Below are positions 26,414 through 40,200 of a stretch of 64,000 nucleotides of DNA, in pieces. Location of the stretch: positions 11,735,309 to 11,799,308 of the forward strand of contig CM082591.2 of assembly GCA_040954595.2 (NCBI GenBank), given 5' to 3'. The notes under the pieces are model-generated. The model was given only the letters and a program-made list of their open reading frames with translations, was not told where the DNA came from and did no database searches. The position numbers and the translations under genes are program-made. The stretch comes from Balanoglossus misakiensis. Lineage: Eukaryota; Animalia; Hemichordata. The first letter of the stretch is position 1; every line of letters begins with the position of its first letter.

Positions 26414-27089
26414 TAATTAAATAATAACACATGATAGCGAGGGCAATATCACGATTTGAAGCCTGCACGAGGGATGGTGATCTCTGACCATAATATTGAT
26501 GATGCCCGAGCCGCAGGCGAGGGTATCATCAATATTGTGGTCAGAGATCACCAGCCCGAGGGCAGGCTTCAAATCGTGATGTTGCCCGAGCATCATGTGT
26601 TATTAATTTTATTACGCTGAACATTTGAACGTACATACAAGGCAGGCATAGAAGAACGTAGACGCGCGTCCATATGTCGTACGTTGCTGAGAATGTAAAA
26701 TGTCTCGATCTCCCAAGAATTATACGATACCTACTTAGATTATTTTGATACGAACTTAGATTATTTTGAAAATACTGCACTGTTGGTTGCGATTTTGTTG
26801 TATTTACTGTCCGTTTGTGGTAAAATATCGTCCAGTTGAACAGGTGTTAAGCCTATGTGTTGCTTTGAAGCCATAGATGCGGGAGTTGACTGATCGTGGA
26901 GGAAGCCATTGAACGACAGTTTGGAACGCGCAGAAGTCGCGAGCAGAACACAAAACAACCCAGCGGGCAATATCAGCGCACGCGACAGGGCTTTATCAAC
27001 TCTAGCCATGTTATATCACTTTTTTTTCTATATCACGTGAGCGCGTCTCAGCCAATCACGAATATGGTATAATACGTGAGGTGTAATAA
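26414..27089 (+). mobile_element. Hairpin-ended element H5
   Basis: ~185-nt hairpin 26422-26605 with apex CGA-GCC-GCA-GGC-GAG; body with short IR TTATTACGC/GGTGTAATAA. Confidence 0.65.
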
Positions 27090-28127
27090 TGCATGTTATT
27101 TGCAAAACATTTTTCTTACCAATTATTGGTGTCTAAAGCGCCCTCGCACATCGCACACTGTTCAACCAGGAAGTTCAGTGCACTGTGTGTAGTCGAGACG
27201 GCGATCGTATTTTTCGTCTGGATTTTTTATCCTTGGCGGGGATTTTCCAGCAAATTATGAAACTTTATAATTTTCTACAGTCTAATTGAGGTAATATGTC
27301 AGTCCTTTGTCCGAAATTGAAGTTTTAAAGTGTATTTCGAGATTTGTCTGCTGCGATCCCTGCCAGAGTTTTGTCTGCTGGGTTTTGTCTGCCCACTTCA
27401 GCCGAGTACGATTAAGCAACGGTTTCCAGTCGTTTCGGCCCCTCAGTTTTACAACGAATTTAACAAATGCCCCCACTTGTTGGGGTTGGGGTAGCTGCAA
27501 TGATTGTAGCGAGTGCTGAGTGTGTTTGCAGCCCCCAGTAAACCAGTCAACCTAGCAGCACCAGCTCCCCGGGCACCTCTGTCTTCCAAGTTCTGGCCAG
27601 ATGGCTAATAGGCATACATGTATGTGTTTTTATGTTCGTATAGACAGAGAATTGTGCATTCTGATTCATTCATTATTCCCAGAGGGACTTTAGCTCTATA
27701 CTGCCAGTACTGGTATAAATATCATGGAAATACCAATCTGAGAAGAAAATAATCTTAATCTGTATCTGTTATACATAAAGCACATTATATTAAAAAAAAT
27801 CTCAGATCGAATAAGAGAAATAAAACAAATTACAATAGAACTTTACAGGCATTACATTGAAAACATACTGCCAGAAATTATACATTACGGTATTGTTATG
27901 TCTGCAGGATGATAAAACTAACCAGGTCATCAAATATTCCATTGACCATATCCTGTCAACAACTCAACAAGACCTCATGAAATTTTAATTTGATGTTGTT
28001 TTTTCCAAAAATAAACAAACATATTGTTGTGGTTCTAAACACAAATCCCAATTGGTGCTGATAAGAAATTTTCTGGAGCTGATTTCTCTGTTGTCTAACT
28101 TTCTCCTTTGTTTTTTCCCCCCAACAG

Positions 28128-28227
28128 TCCCAGATATGATCTTAAGAATGATCATGTGGTATCCGCTGTCATCATTGATATGGAAAAAAGAAGATCCATA
28201 AATCTTGCCTATCTAACTAAATACCAT
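28128..28227 (+). CDS. NCF4: NCF4-like exon, PX start
   Basis: polypyrimidine-aacag|T CCC AGA TAT..TAC CAT|gtgagt; [33 protein letters not shown]. Confidence 0.8.
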
Positions 28228-31200
28228 GTGAGTAGTCTGTCTGTAACTGTCTGTAAAATGGGAATTTTCACGATGTCAACAAAGGTGACTATTTTGCAAT
28301 GATTTATTTTCGCGTTCTCTAATCTGCGGAAAATAATTCTATTAGGCCAGAGAGAATAAAAATCTTGTTCATCGGATTTTTTGGACCAAGTTCCAGGAGC
28401 GGCGAGCGAATATTTAAAAAAAAATTTTTTTTAAGGCTGAAGGTAAATGCGGTTCTCTGGCATATTTACACAGATGCAGACAGGGCAATATAATTGTTTC
28501 CCTTTTTACCAGAAATATCTCGGACAAAAACACTGATACATGTACTTGTAACTGAATTCAATTCTATATTTCCCAACAATAACATAGGCCATTACATTTA
28601 CAGTTGGTGTTTGCACAACATATTCTGGCCACCAGTGCCAGTACTGAGAATTTTGTAATGCGGAAGTAGAATTTGCCAAGATCCCCCCCCCCCAAAAAAA
28701 AAAAAAATTCTGTTTGCACAACATATTCTGGCCAATCCCCCTTTGCTAAGCTGATTTCAGTAGCTCGAGGTTTTGCCTTGGTTAAACCCCGGTGCGGAAA
28801 GTACTGGGGTTCGGATTAACGTGTGTTTGTATATAGTTGTTTATTTGGGAATGGTCGTCTTGCATAATGACTGAGTAATTGCTCTCATGTACACAGAAAA
28901 TAATTGAACACTTTACACTTCCACGGGATTGACAACTGTTTGAATGGCGTGGTTATTGTTTCCCAGGGACGCTTCTATAAAGCACTGAAACCAGATTTCT
29001 CCCAAAATCATCGTGTACTTTTTCGTCGATAACTGTATGTTGTGTGTGTTTATAAAGCCAACTACTGTCGTTGTGTGGTGTATTTCTTTATGCTTGGACC
29101 TGTTTGGGCCGATTTTCATAGAGCCAAGATCGTTGGTGTTGTCTGTTGTCAGTCAAACGGCATTAAGATTCGCCACTGATTTGGGGGGTCTTTTATACCC
29201 CGCACCGGGGTTTAACAGTCTCCCCTCGGCGACACGGGTCAAATGTGGTTTGTCGCCAACCTTCACGATTAAGCAACGGTTTCCAGTCGTTTCGGCCCCT
29301 CAGTTTTACAACGAATTTAACAAATGCCCCCACTTGTTGGGGTTGGGGTAGCTGCAATGATTGTAGCGAGTGCTGAGTGTGTTCGCAGCCCCCAGTAAAC
29401 CAGTCAACCTAGCAGCACCAGCTCCCCGGGCACCTCTGTCTTCCAAGTTCCAGGAAAACGGAAATCACAAATTATAACCGGAAATAATTCAGCTGTAGTA
29501 CCATAATTCACTCACATTCACAATGCATTGTGTGATGATAATGTTGCATGGCGACTTTGTCACGACTATTCATTGATCACGTCTCAGATAAATTCAGTGG
29601 AGGGACTGGACGTGTTCAGGCAATGTTTTACATCCCCAGAAAAGTGCTTCTCTCTTGTGCAAACAGTGTACAAATGTATTATGTTTCCTATCACATGATG
29701 ATTACAGAATGCCACTGGCTCTGGTAAAATATTGTTTGTATACTTGTACATTACTAGTATTATCATTAATTCACATAAACATATGCGACTCGTGGTATGT
29801 GACATCGCCCTGTGCATATTGAACACCTATTGCCTGGCCATGAGGGCCATAGCGGTCGTTTATTACACCCAAGGGGCTGTGAGTTACCAGAATCACATGC
29901 TATTTCCCGAGGCCGTAGGCCGAGGGAAATAGCGTATGATTCTGGTAACTCACAGCCACGAGGGGGTAAAAACGGCTGCTATGGCCCGAATATAGGCCAG
30001 GCCATAGGCAGGCAGGGCAAAGGGGGGGTAATTAAACAGCAGGGGATTATGCAATGCAAACACTTGAACTGGCCAGTAACGTTTGAATTCCTCATTTGCA
30101 TACAGTTTTTCAACTTTTTTCAGAACGAAAGTTCAGTAACTTGCAACCCATTTCTGACAATTATTTCACCCCAGGCACATTACTGGTACTATGAATGTAC
30201 TACATGTGATTTTTCATGAAGTTTTATCGAGAAGAATTTCTTTACTTCCACTGACAAAATTGTGATCACGAAATTCAAAGTGACCTTGAAGTTAAAAAAT
30301 AAAAAAAAAAATATCTGCCATACCCACACAAAAATTAACCCCCTCAGGTTTTAGAAACATTATTAAACTCCCCTATTCATAATTTTGACATGAATATATC
30401 CATGCCGTGGGTCAAGGACCACAATTTACAGTGCCATAGGTCAGTCCTGAGAAGTCAGTCAGCGTGTATAGTGTATAGACTCCGTATGTAATATGCTAAT
30501 GAGAGATAACAACGCTTTGAAAAGGAAGCCATTACGTCATGGGTTAACATGCGTTGACCTACTTCAATGCATACACATATGGCAAACACGGCTGTACTCG
30601 TCGATGGCGAAGGCAATTTTTACACCGTCATTACTCCACAACGGAGCGGCTCACACTATTATAATTTCACGGTAACTTAGTTCAATATCTTCCTAACCTA
30701 CCCAATTTTTTTCAAGACAAGAAATCTTTTCCGTGAGTCAGGGACCACAATTTCAATCAACATACCGAAACTGTCTTTCTCGGGAACGCGTCGTTAAAAC
30801 TTCACGAAAAATCATCCTATCATTGACTGTGGTGTTTCATACACGTCTTAGAAAAATGGATGCACTACGATCACTTGAAGTACCGAAAATCTCCGTTTGA
30901 AAATTTTTCCAACCGGCCGTAACTGCCACTCAGTGACGTTCACATTCAAATAGATCTCTTTGATGTCACCGCCGTAATTACCCCCCCTTTGCCTTGCCTG
31001 TAGGTGTTTTATAATAAACCTCATGCTAACAGTTGGGAAAATCTTGCAATTTTCTCTTGAGGTTGGCAGACGACATCTTCTGCGGTGGCCATTGTGTCAG
31101 ACGACGCAACGCTGATTGACGTGACCGAGTCTGCGCACTCACGCTGGTCACGTGACCGGTTTATATTTTTTCTGCTATTTCCCTAGCGGTTCATAGTCGA

Positions 31201-34200
31201 TTCTATTTTCCTATCACGTGACGGATTCTGGTGAATCAGGGCACAGTATTAGCATGAGGTATATTATAAATGTCACTATGGTCAAGAATGAACGTGCCTT
31301 GGCTGAATATATGGCCAGATGGCTAATAGGCATATGTGTTTTTATGTTCGTATAGACAGAGAATTGTGCATTCATTATTCCCAGAGGGACTTTAGCTCTA
31401 TACTGCCAGTACTGGTATAAATATCATGGAAATACCAATCTGAGAAGAAAATAATCTTAATCTGTATCTGTTATACATAAAGCACATTATATTAAAAAAA
31501 ATCTCAGATCGAATAAGAGAAATAAAACAAATTACAATAGAACTTTACAGGCATTACATTGAAAACATACTGCCAGAAATTATACATTATGGTATTAGTC
31601 CATGGGCCAGAGACCGAAACCCTCCCCCCCCCCCCCCCCCCCCCCCCCCCTGAGGAGTTTTGCAGACATATATTTTTGGAAAGCCTATTTATCCAGCTGT
31701 CAGAATCAGGTTGTTTGCACTCATATTAATGGTGGGTGTGGCCGTGAGGAGCGGTTGTCATGGTAACGATAGCTTAATTTTAGGGGTACTCATACAGTTA
31801 AAAAATGATATATTTCAGGATCTGAGAAAGCTAGAGAAAAAATTTAAACATTGGGTCTTATATAGTCTTGCTCCAAGACTGTGTGATACTGAAAAAGAAA
31901 TGCGCGTCCGCGTTGCGTATAGAACAGGACGCGACGCTAATCACACAGTCTTGCCGATTCTGTAAACGCCCTCAAGTGGTTTTACCAGATTTTGGTAAGT
32001 AGCGGAGAACATTCGAACGTCATATGTCTGTCAATCAAATTAGCGTCGCGTCAACATGAGTTCTATACGCGTACATACCAGGTACAGAATACGCATTTTT
32101 GGGCGTTTTCGCGAGCTTTGTGCGCTTCTAGATGTTCTACATGCAAATTAACGCCGCTCATGAATATTCATATCAAATATATGTGTGCAGAAACGTACAG
32201 TCGCTATGCCTGACGCAGTTCCGAAAGTTCCATAGGCACAGCGACTGCTTAGAGTCTAGGTCTTATAAAGTAGGGGACGGGCTATCCAATGATTACATGA
32301 CCGACAAGGTCAGAGGTCAAGTTCATCTTCAAAACGCGGGGTCAAAGTAAAAATTTCGCTATTTTTTGCACATCGATCATACATAATTTCGATTTACTGG
32401 AAAACGGTTTGCTCGAGGAGGTTGTAAATTGGTCATCAGGTAGCATGGAACATTAGGTTTATGAAAAATAAGCTGATTCACGTCTTTGATATTAAGTTAT
32501 ATTAAAATTCTGTTACCATAACGATGGATAGCAGATTTTGCGAAAATCAAAAAAATAAGAATCCTGCTATATCTTTGCTACCAATTAAGCTTTAGATAAA
32601 ATTTAAACACTCAAACTTATAATGTCGGGTGCGATCTTTTCATTGCTAACTTGAACTTTGGGGTTCAAGGTCAAGTTCATTCTCAAATTTCAGGTCAAAG
32701 TGACAAAATGGGCATTATGGATTTTTGTTCAAAATGACATTTTACAGCGAGCGTTTACTAAATACTGTTTGGGTCTAGAATGCTATAATTTGATCTCCAG
32801 ATAGAGATGTGTATTGTTTACAAAGATTTTAATTTGTTTTGCTGTTTACATATACTTAATATGCAAAACCTGCTGTTTTAATGACAACAAAATGAATGGT
32901 AGGAATAGCAAGAGTACTCATACAGTTAAAATGAGATATTTCAGGTTCTGGGAAAGCTAGAGAAAAAATTTAAACTTTCAGTATTATAAATTAGGGTACG
33001 GGCTATCCAATTATTACACGACCGACAAGGTCAGAGGTCAAGTTCATCTTAAAAACTTGGGGTCAAAGTGAAAATTTCGCTATTTTTTGCATATCGGTCA
33101 TACATAGTTTTGATTTACTGGAAAACGGTTTGCTCGAGGAGGCTGTAAATTGGTCATCAGGTAGCAAGGAATATTAGCTTTAAGAAAAATAGGCCTATTC
33201 TCGTCTTTGGTTGTAATTTATATTAAAATTCTGTAACCATAATGACTGATAGAAGATTTTGCGAAATTCCCCAAAATAAGAAACTTGCTATATCTTTGCT
33301 ACCAATTAAGCTTTAGATAAAATTTAAACACTCAAACTTGTATTGTCGGATGCGAGCTTTTGATTGCTAAATTGATTTTTGGGGTTCAAGGTCAAGGTCA
33401 TCCTCAAATTTCGGTTCAAAATGACATTTTACGGCGAGCGTTTACTACACTGTTGGGATCTAGAATGCTATAATTTTGTATATTTTGATATTTTAAATTT
33501 AAAGTTCAGGGTCACCTTCAAAAGATGGGGTCAAAATTCAATATCCCAACTCTAATTAGTGTTGCAGATCTCCCCAGAAAAAACGAACCCTCTGACTTGG
33601 CCATACAACATTTTGTGTCATACACCATTTTAAAGTTAAGTTCTGAGAGTTTGAAAATGCTTGATGACATTTTCAATTCCCATGGCGAGCTGATGAGTCA
33701 AGATTTAGTAAAATTGGTATATTTCTTGAAATATGCGAACGTGCATTTGCAATTGCTATAAAGGGACATACATTATCAGCATGCTTTTACTGTAAAAATA
33801 CTATATTCAACTTATATTGTGGCCATTCTATGGTATTTCAGTTTAAATATGTACAAAGTTTTATCATATTTAGCACATTCTTATCAAGATGATTTCTGTT
33901 GATATGACAAGTTGACGTAAGGAGTCATCTTGCCCCTCTATCAGACGCTGCAATTGCGTGTAGAACTAAGAACAATCCGCGTATCTGCTTCTTCACTGTA
34001 TCTTTTGCGACAACAAAAGTGGTGAAGTTTGGTCCTCCGCTTACAATTCATTTTTGACCAATGTTGAGATCTACTTTTTTCATAATGTGTAGCATTTTGC
34101 AAAATTTGCTTTGTTTTCAGACTAGTGGTAAGCAAGAATGCCGTCCATTTTGTCGGAGCAACTAGATCAAGTATTATATGATGTGCTGGTGCAACGCTCA

Positions 34201-37200
34201 CATCACGTGTTTGGCCTTTGATCCTTTGATCCGTTTGGCATCATAATTATCAATGATCATGTGTATTTGCGAATTATCAAAAGGACCTAAAATTCGGCCT
34301 CTATTCTACATTATGTATTCCATAAATCCTATTGCTATGTCGATAAAAGTGATTCTGTCTACAAGATTAGGACCAGACAGAGACTGAATGGTCATCATAA
34401 ACTATGGCATCGGCAGCCTCAAGTCTAGTCTATCTGTCTCCTGGAAATGAATTTTAAGTCCATCATCTGAAAACAAACAGAGAGGAACGTTGGAATTTTC
34501 AATGACTCCAATGAGTGGCATCTTCTAACTTGTATTAACAGCAGGTAATCAAAGATAAACCGTCTTCTTCATTTTTGTCATGTTTTTACATTGCCGCAAG
34601 TCATACTATGATAGAAGCACTTACACGGTTTGTCAGGTTCTTCTTGTATAATTATTTGCTCAGAAAAAAACCCCAGCCATATCTTTTGATATAGTAATCA
34701 GGGCTCGAAAATTCCCACCGCCCGACGCCCGTGGCAAGTGAAATTTACGTCCGGGCAAGTAAAATCAAAATTCCTGCCGCCCGACGGGCAAGTGTCACGG
34801 CGATAGGGAGACCGTGGTCATGTTGTGGCTAATGCCCAGCTATCAGAAATGTCAACTTTCTTTGAGTTTACCGCTATCACAGCTGGCAATCGGCTTGAAT
34901 GCAAAACACGAGCCCACTGATTTTTTTTCAAAGTTCTTTTCAATAAAGTCATGATACAGTGTAGCAATATTGTGATGGGCGACTGTCAGATTTTGTTGCA
35001 TTGTCAAATTACGCGTAATCGTATTGCTAGATGCAGTTGCTATTTTTATTGGAAAAACCAATGAAATGGTCGATCTAACTAGTCAAATTCAAATTAGAAT
35101 GGTTCAAAATAAATTCAGTTACGACTCTCGTAAGCCGACGGTGGCAGAGATTTGAAAAACAGCCATGAGTCTCTTGCGTTATTTTTCATCGAACGCATCT
35201 GGGTCAACTGACTCAAAGAAACGACGTGACCTCTCTGAATCTGAGGGCGCTTCTGAAAGTGACGCACGGTCAAAGCATCAGCGTTACGATGCAGACAAAC
35301 GCCAAAGAAACTACCTTCCGAAATGGGAGGAACAGTGGCCATGGCTTACCTACAGCGAAAACAAAATGTTCTGTAAAGTTTGCCTAAAGTATCCGACGAT
35401 CGCAAAATCCATGGGAAAGCGGAATGCGTTCTTCGATGGCTGCGACATATTCCGCGTGGAATCAATGAAGTCGCATGATAGTGGTCGTCCGCATCTGGAA
35501 TGTTTAGCCCGTTATCGACGAGATAGTGCGGATGCTAGTGCTACGATTACACTGGGGGACACTCCAATAGGATTGGCTTTACGAAAGTTGACAACTGACC
35601 AACAACGCAAATACCGGAACCTGTTATTAGTGCGTAAATGTTGTCTTTCATGGTGAAAGGTTGGGGCAAGTCACTTTTCTTGGGGGGCAAGTGAAATTGA
35701 AAATTTGCTTGCCCGATGGCAAGTGGGTTATGAAAATTTTTTTCGAGGCCTGAGTAATGTTGATAATAGCTTAAATCAGGGTCGGAAAGATCAAATGGGT
35801 CGACAAATGCTCCACCTTATAATTCTTAAAGCTTTGCCACATCAGTATTCCATCTCTTAATGACTGCTTTTCCATATCGGATCTTATTTTGTTTACCAAT
35901 ACTGCATATTTATTTGTGAAATGTATCAGAGAACTTTGCAGTAATCGGTCCACCCAAAACCACTTTTCAAGTGCTAAACCTCTCATCTTTAATCCTATAA
36001 CACCACCAGCACCCTTTAGTGAATCGTCAGATAAGTTTGCCATGAATCCTCCTCATTTAATGACTCTTGTACACTTTTGGGTATTCCATGCATCACCAGA
36101 ATAAGTACTGACATGTATCTTGCATAGTCCGTTTCGATTGGCACAAAACAACAGAGGTAATAATAGCTGATTCTTAGCAGTTTGGCAAATATCTCAATCA
36201 CCATTTCTTAATGCACTTACATTTCCACCGGTGGGTAGAGTTGTAATGGCAGCAATACTCTACACAAAGTCATACCAAAAGTTAAAAGTTACTCCTCTCT
36301 TGTCTAAACTCAGCCATAAGCGGGAAATGATGTTCAATGATGTGTTCCACAAAATTGTGAACTATTTCCAAAAGTTCATTAGCAGGCTGGGAAGTCAAAA
36401 GATCACAATCCATCTCAGGCATTGACTGTGTTCCCTACCTTAACACCATGATAAAAAGTTGCACAACCTAGCGCTGGACGTTTCATCAGCAAGATGGAGG
36501 CCATGCAATGACAAACAACCGGAAAACATTTCCACATGAGCAAACGTTTTTTTTAAAAAACGTAGCATTCATTTTGTATGATTATGAATGATTGTGATTT
36601 AAGGTGGCACTGCATGAAAAGTTGTGATTTTTGCCAAATTTTACTTTTTTACATAAATCGGTAGGCCTAATACTGACCCACAACCTGACTAATACGTCTT
36701 GGCGGAAATGGTGCATAATCACCCCAAAATAGCACTTTTCTGAATGAGTTCACAGCTTAACAAATAGGTGTCAACAATGCAAATAGCCGTTTTTCTCAGT
36801 TTGCATTTTCGCTGCTCTTGACAACTTCGGACTAAAATAGCTTCGCCCTGCGTTGGCCGAATTTGCTCAAATTTTGACAGGGAATTGTGTATGACCCATC
36901 CAACAAAACGCTAGTTTTGTTTGTCGATAAAGTGTCCCTGGCGGGAATAAACTCTGATTCAATACAACTCACCGTGAATTTGATCAAATTTTCTGAAAAT
37001 CTAACTTTTAAACGCTGTTACTCCTCAATGGAAGCAGATAACGCAAAACAAAATTAGCGTTTTTTTGCACGTGTACTCTAGTTTTGAATGACATATTAAG
37101 GTGCATGATGCATGGTCAACTTTTTTACCTATTTTAAATTTCATGACATAATATCAAAAAATGTTTTTTTTCACCCAAAATCGCCACCATTTCCGGGGAT

Positions 37201-40200
37201 CAATAATATTTGCAACTCAAACAAAAGTTCAAAATCTCAGCTTCCAGAATATATATGGTTTATGGGGGTTTTAACTTTTTCTTTGATGAGAAATAGGCCT
37301 CTGAAAAAGTCTCGACGGTTTCATGCAGTGCCACCTTAAAAACATTGCTTTTGAGTATATAATGTGTCTTATGTGCTTTACGCACAATTTCCAAAAAATC
37401 TCTGTGCCTAAAACACAGATATTCGATCGGTTTGTCTGGACTATTGCTACAGTGGCATCATGGGATAACGCATAAATCAGCTTGACTCGCACTCCCACGG
37501 TCGCGTTTTTTTATATAATAATATCCAGAAATCAAAGTGGCATCTTATTTGAATATTAATATCAAAATATACAAAATTATAGCATTCTAGATCCCAACAG
37601 TGTAGTAAACGCTCGCCGTAAAATGTCATTTTGAACAAAGTCCATAATGCCCATTTTGTCACTTTGACCCGAAATTTGAGGATGACCTTGACCTTGAACC
37701 CCAAAGTTCGATTTAGCAATCAAAAGCTCGCATCGACAATATAAGTTTGAGTGTTTAAATTTTATCTAAAGCTTTATTGGTAGCAAAGATATAGCAAGTT
37801 TCTTATTTTGGGGAATTTCGCAAAATCTTCTATCCGTCGTTATGGTTACAGAATTTTAATATAAATTACAACCAAAGACGAAAATAGGCCTATTTTTCTT
37901 AAAGCTAATATTCCTTGCTACCTGATGACCAATTTACAGCCTCCTCGAGCAAACCGTTTTCCAGTAAATCAAAACTATGTATAACCGATATGCAAAAAAT
38001 AGCGAAATTTTCACTTTGACCCCAATTTTTAAAGATGAACTTGACCTCTGACCTTGTCGGTCGTGTAATAATTGGATAGCCCGTACCCTACTTTATAATA
38101 CTGAATGTTTAAATTTTTTCTCTAGCTTTCTCAGAACCTGAAATATCTCATTTTAACTGTATGAGTACTCTTGCTATTCCTACCATTCATTTTGTTGTCA
38201 TTAAAACAGCAGGTTTTGCATATTAAGTATATGTAAACAGCAAAACAAATTAAAATCTTTGTAAACAATACACATCTCTATCTGGAGATTAAATTATAGC
38301 ATTCTAGACCCAAACAGTGTTTAGTAAACGCTCGCCGTAAAATGTCATTTTGAACAAAAATCCATAATGTCCATTTTGTCACTTTGAACTGAAATTTGAG
38401 GATGACCTTGACCTTGAACCCCAAAGTTCAAGTTAGCAATTCTTCGCTATCAAATGACGTCAGACGCGCTCAGGCGGCAGTTACGTTCGCATTCAAATTT
38501 CCAGATGACGGGCAACTTCAGCAACGTGGACTTACGTGGTGCAGACAAAGACTGTGCAGACGAAATGCAATGAGGCTGATGAGGCATCATACCCGATACA
38601 TGTTATGTGTCTGGCGGTTCTAAAGTAAAAACATAATCGGAAAAACTTTTACTGGATGCCGAAATATTGCTTGCCCGTCATCTGGAAATGACTGCGCCAT
38701 GTGACACATTGCCAGATCACGTGATTGATAGTAAAGAATGAAAAGATCGCACCCGACATTATAAGTTTGAGTGTTTAAATTTTATCTAAAGCTTAAAGAG
38801 GAACGACACCCACAATTTTGGGCTTCAAAGTCCAAACCGGGTGTCAAAAACGGCAACGTTCCGATGGGTTAATTCACTTTCACTTCCTGCGCAAGCAGAA
38901 GACGCGAGTTGAAAATACTACAGTGACGTCAGCAACTTGCGTTGCAGTCGAGGCGCAGCGCTCTTTACACATTCGACGTGTCATTTCCAATAAACAGACA
39001 CATTTTGCGCGGATCTGACATGGCGAAATGTCAAGTTCATGATTTTAAAAACATATTCGGAAAATCGACGGGGATAAGTTTCTTTCAAAGGCAATGCTCT
39101 ACGTGTATTGTATTTGTCGATGCGTGCAGACATAGACCCTGCAATGTCCACGATGCCATGCATGTCGACGTTTATGAACAAACCGTAAGGCCTATACAAA
39201 GTTGTTCTAACTGCCGCTGATAATAATAAACGTACCGTTTTAAATCTTTCCTGCACGTTTTTTGGTACACGTATTTGGGTTTAATTTCCATTTATTGACG
39301 ATCGCATAGTTATCAAATGAAAGCAACTAAAAAGGGCAGTTTTAATACATTTCAAGAGACGAAACATGCATAGAATAACATGGTATTGGCTTCCATTATA
39401 CTACGGACGTACTACACCTGGACAGCAGGACGATGCACCTGCGTTCTTTTCAACTCCATAAAAGGTGACAAAGTATTTTTGTAAGAAAAGTGGTTCGAAA
39501 AGGTGACAACGAGTGAGAGACAACAAGGGAGGGTATTGTCTGTTTCACCATTGACCCTAGGGTCTATGGTTTCACTGAAACCACACCAAGTGTAAGCCTT
39601 GACAAACGGGACACATCGGAGATGATCAGAACTGCATGAACTTTTGTCCTCTGTAAAATTCAGTCTCTTGGTCGTAGAAGGGAATCTCTGGTTCAAAATT
39701 GTAGCCTACTACCCGAGAATATGTTGCTATGCTAACGTCGTCGGTCGCGTGAGTGCAGGCGTGTATAAGCATAAGCTCGCTCCAACTCGTCGGCAGCGGA
39801 CAACGGTACGAGTTGCTGACGTCACTCAATTCCGGGTTCGCGCAGTTTTTGGCTGGCTGTAGCTCTGTTATGCGTAAGTGAAAGTGAATGAAACCAACGT
39901 TTTTCATAGTACTTTTTAATCGCATTTCGCAGAATTGGCTCAAAAACGGATCACAACGTTCCACTTTAATTGGTAGCAAAGATATAGCAGGATTCTTATT
40001 TTTTTGATTTTCGCAAAATCTGCTATCCGTCGTTATGGTAACAGAATTTTAATATAACTTAATATCAAAGACGTGAATCAGCTTATTTTTCATAAACCTA
40101 ATGTTCCATGCTACCTGATTACCAATTTACAACCTCCTCGAGCAAACCGTTTTCCAGTAAATCGAAACTATGTATGATCGATGTGCAAAAAATAGCGAAA

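Larger units (their letters stand above)
33930..36500 (-). pseudogene. Academ transposase remnants
   Basis: Fragments [18 protein letters not shown] (~35955-36025), [11 protein letters not shown] (34459-34491) and EEADTRIVL (33968-33994), in the order expected for Academ transposase; broken by stops, frameshifts and deletions. Confidence 0.7.

Noticed and set aside
27430-27450. CTGAGGGGCCGAAAC on - strand as a hammerhead ribozyme core
   Set aside because: Lacks the conserved A of CUGANGA, is altered in the third copy, and I found no supporting stems.
27256-27625. Candidate first coding exon for the NCF4-like gene
   Set aside because: The ATG near 27258 hits TGA; the ATG at 27601 needs a weak GC donor to match phase. 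Start left unassigned.
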